In this document: positions 62,386 through 64,000 of the stretch, in pieces | Layout: each line of letters opens with the position of its first letter | Numbering within the stretch: the stretch's first letter is position 1 | DNA from: Eledone cirrhosa | Lineage: Eukaryota | NCBI GenBank assembly: GCA_964016885.1 | Contig: OZ024747.1 | Span: 93,372,001 to 93,436,000 of the forward strand | Direction of reading: 5' to 3' | Length of the DNA stretch: 64,000 bases | Position numbers and translations under genes: made by a program | Notes under the pieces: model-generated | Seen by the model: the letters and a program-made list of their open reading frames with translations, nothing else | Databases searched by the model: none | What the model was told of the DNA's origin: nothing

Positions 62386-62827
62386 GGTGATAATGATGAT
62401 GGTGATGATGGTGATGTTGATAATGATGATGGTGATAATGATGATGATGATGGTAATGATGATGATGTTGACATTGCTTCAGCTCACCTAGTTACTAGGA
62501 ATAGGTAACACATCATCTGAAAATAATAAATTTACTGCTCTATTCAGAGGTAGATTCTCTCCATATCCACGAAGACACTTCTGTTTCCGCTGCCCCACCC
62601 ATCACCAGTGATACAACCACCACCACAATAGATTTACTGTGACCTTTTAGGTATCGGCCTTTAGACCAGTGAGCTAACAGTTATTCTATCAACAAAGCTT
62701 AGTTATATATACATTTTAACACATTTACAACAAACATCCATCCCAAACCATCACACAATTTTACTGTGAATAACTGTTGTTTTTCCTATATTGTCACAAT
62801 AACTTCAAAGCAAGTTATTAAGTAATA

Positions 62828-63041
62828 TAACCATTAGCATTTACATTACCCTATATATACTTTTGTATTTTTGTGTTAAAGGCTTTATCTCACACAATAT
62901 CGAATTTACGAGATTTTGATATTATTTATTTTGAGAACAATACCTTAATAAAAGTATGAGCAGCCGATTATGGCTGGTTTGAACAGAAAGAGGTGAGAGA
63001 AATCTGACCAGTTATGGTCAGTTTAAATGCTAAAGGTTTAA
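62828..63041 (-). mobile_element. piggyBac-type MITE family A
   Basis: Same body, degenerate TIRs. Confidence 0.8.
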
Positions 63042-63173
63042 CATAATGGCTATTGTTTATCATTCATACACGACGGCATTGCACACAGTGCCTTATAAGG
63101 CAAAGATCAATTCACATCCATTAAACCAACATTTACTACTACAATTCCTGCCATACATTACAATGAGCCACAC

Positions 63174-63214
<41 letters not shown>

Positions 63215-63265
63215 TTATTGTGTACAGTGCTCAGGTGCACTACAACTCATAAAAGGTGCATGTAT
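63174..63265 (-). mobile_element. 3' tail fragment of the CR1-group LINE
   Basis: (TAA)n + attattgtgtacagtgctcaggtgcactacaactc on the plus strand. Confidence 0.8.
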
Positions 63266-63551
63266 AAAAAAAAAAAATTCCCACTTGTTAGAATTGGGGA
63301 ATAACCAACAACCTAATAATCATTTATACATGTTACACCTCTACCGCAACAACAACCACCACCACTACCCTGGGGCTGTGGAGGTATGTGTAACACATTT
63401 ACTTAACATGATGGAAGATGAAGTAAGCTTCAGTTCAATGTAGGCATTCATTGAGGAGGGGATAAAGAATGAGAGAGAGAAGGGGAGGAGGAGAAAGAGT
63501 GAGAGAGAGAAGGCGAGGGTGAGAGAGAGAGAGAGAGAGAGGTCTACTTAC

Positions 63552-63679
63552 GTTTCTTTCTCAGATAACAAGTCTGCCATGTGATTAAAACATGATAAAA
63601 ATGTACTTTCTATTATTTGTAAGTCAAATTTAAAACGTTGAACAGCATGTTGCATTAACTGGTTCTCTTCTTGTAAGTG
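63552..63679 (-). CDS. Internal exon of unidentified coiled-coil-like protein
   Basis: tacag acceptor, AC|gtaagt donor; only one open frame: HLQEENQLMQHAVQRFKFDLQIIESTFLSCFNHMADLLSEKE; phase 2 joins exon 62288 in frame. Confidence 0.7.
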
Positions 63680-63863
63680 CTGTAAAGAGAAATGTCTTTG
63701 CTGTTTAACCCTTTGATATCAACCCACTCAAAACTGTCTCTGGTTCTATGAAACAAAACCACCCATTTTAAAGGGTTCCTGTTTAAATTAAAACCTTCCA
63801 ACATATATTTTTACCTTTTGTCAAGTTATGTTACAAATACAATCTTAATGCCAATCCAATCCA

Positions 63864-64000
63864 ATTCAGGGCCTTCTCACTCCTGTTGGAGGAACCCCTC
63901 CCCTGATTCAGGACCTTCTCACTACTGTTGGAGGAACCCCCCCCTGATTCAGGCCTTCTCACTACTGTTGGAGGAAACCCTCCCCTGATTCAGGACCTTC
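63864..64000 (+). repeat. About 42-bp tandem repeat running off the window edge
   Basis: gattcaggaccttctcactactgttggaggaacccctcccct units. Confidence 0.85.

Overview
AT-rich, microsatellite- and repeat-dense animal genomic DNA; the SINE/LINE repertoire suggests an octopus/cephalopod (inference). One complete protein-coding gene is reconstructed by hand on the minus strand: a 12-exon mitochondrial methionyl-tRNA synthetase (MARS2-like, 52425->31488, 537 aa, HIGH and KMSKS motifs, all introns GT-AG and in phase). The 3' end of a second, unidentified minus-strand gene (coiled-coil-like) enters from the right edge. The rest is mostly mobile DNA: a nearly complete CR1-group LINE (22471-26505) with four truncated relatives, RTE- and CRE-type retrotransposon fragments, two tRNA-derived SINE families, about 13 copies of a TTAA/piggyBac-type MITE, hAT and Tc1/mariner MITEs, a Helitron-like element, a solo LTR and several minisatellites. 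No clearly new multi-gene system is evident. The best leads are a -1 slippery site (G GGA AAC) at the AUG-less ORF1/ORF2 overlap of the LINE, an in-frame LINE-SINE chimera, decayed minimal hammerhead ribozymes, and a CTCF-motif/hairpin island.
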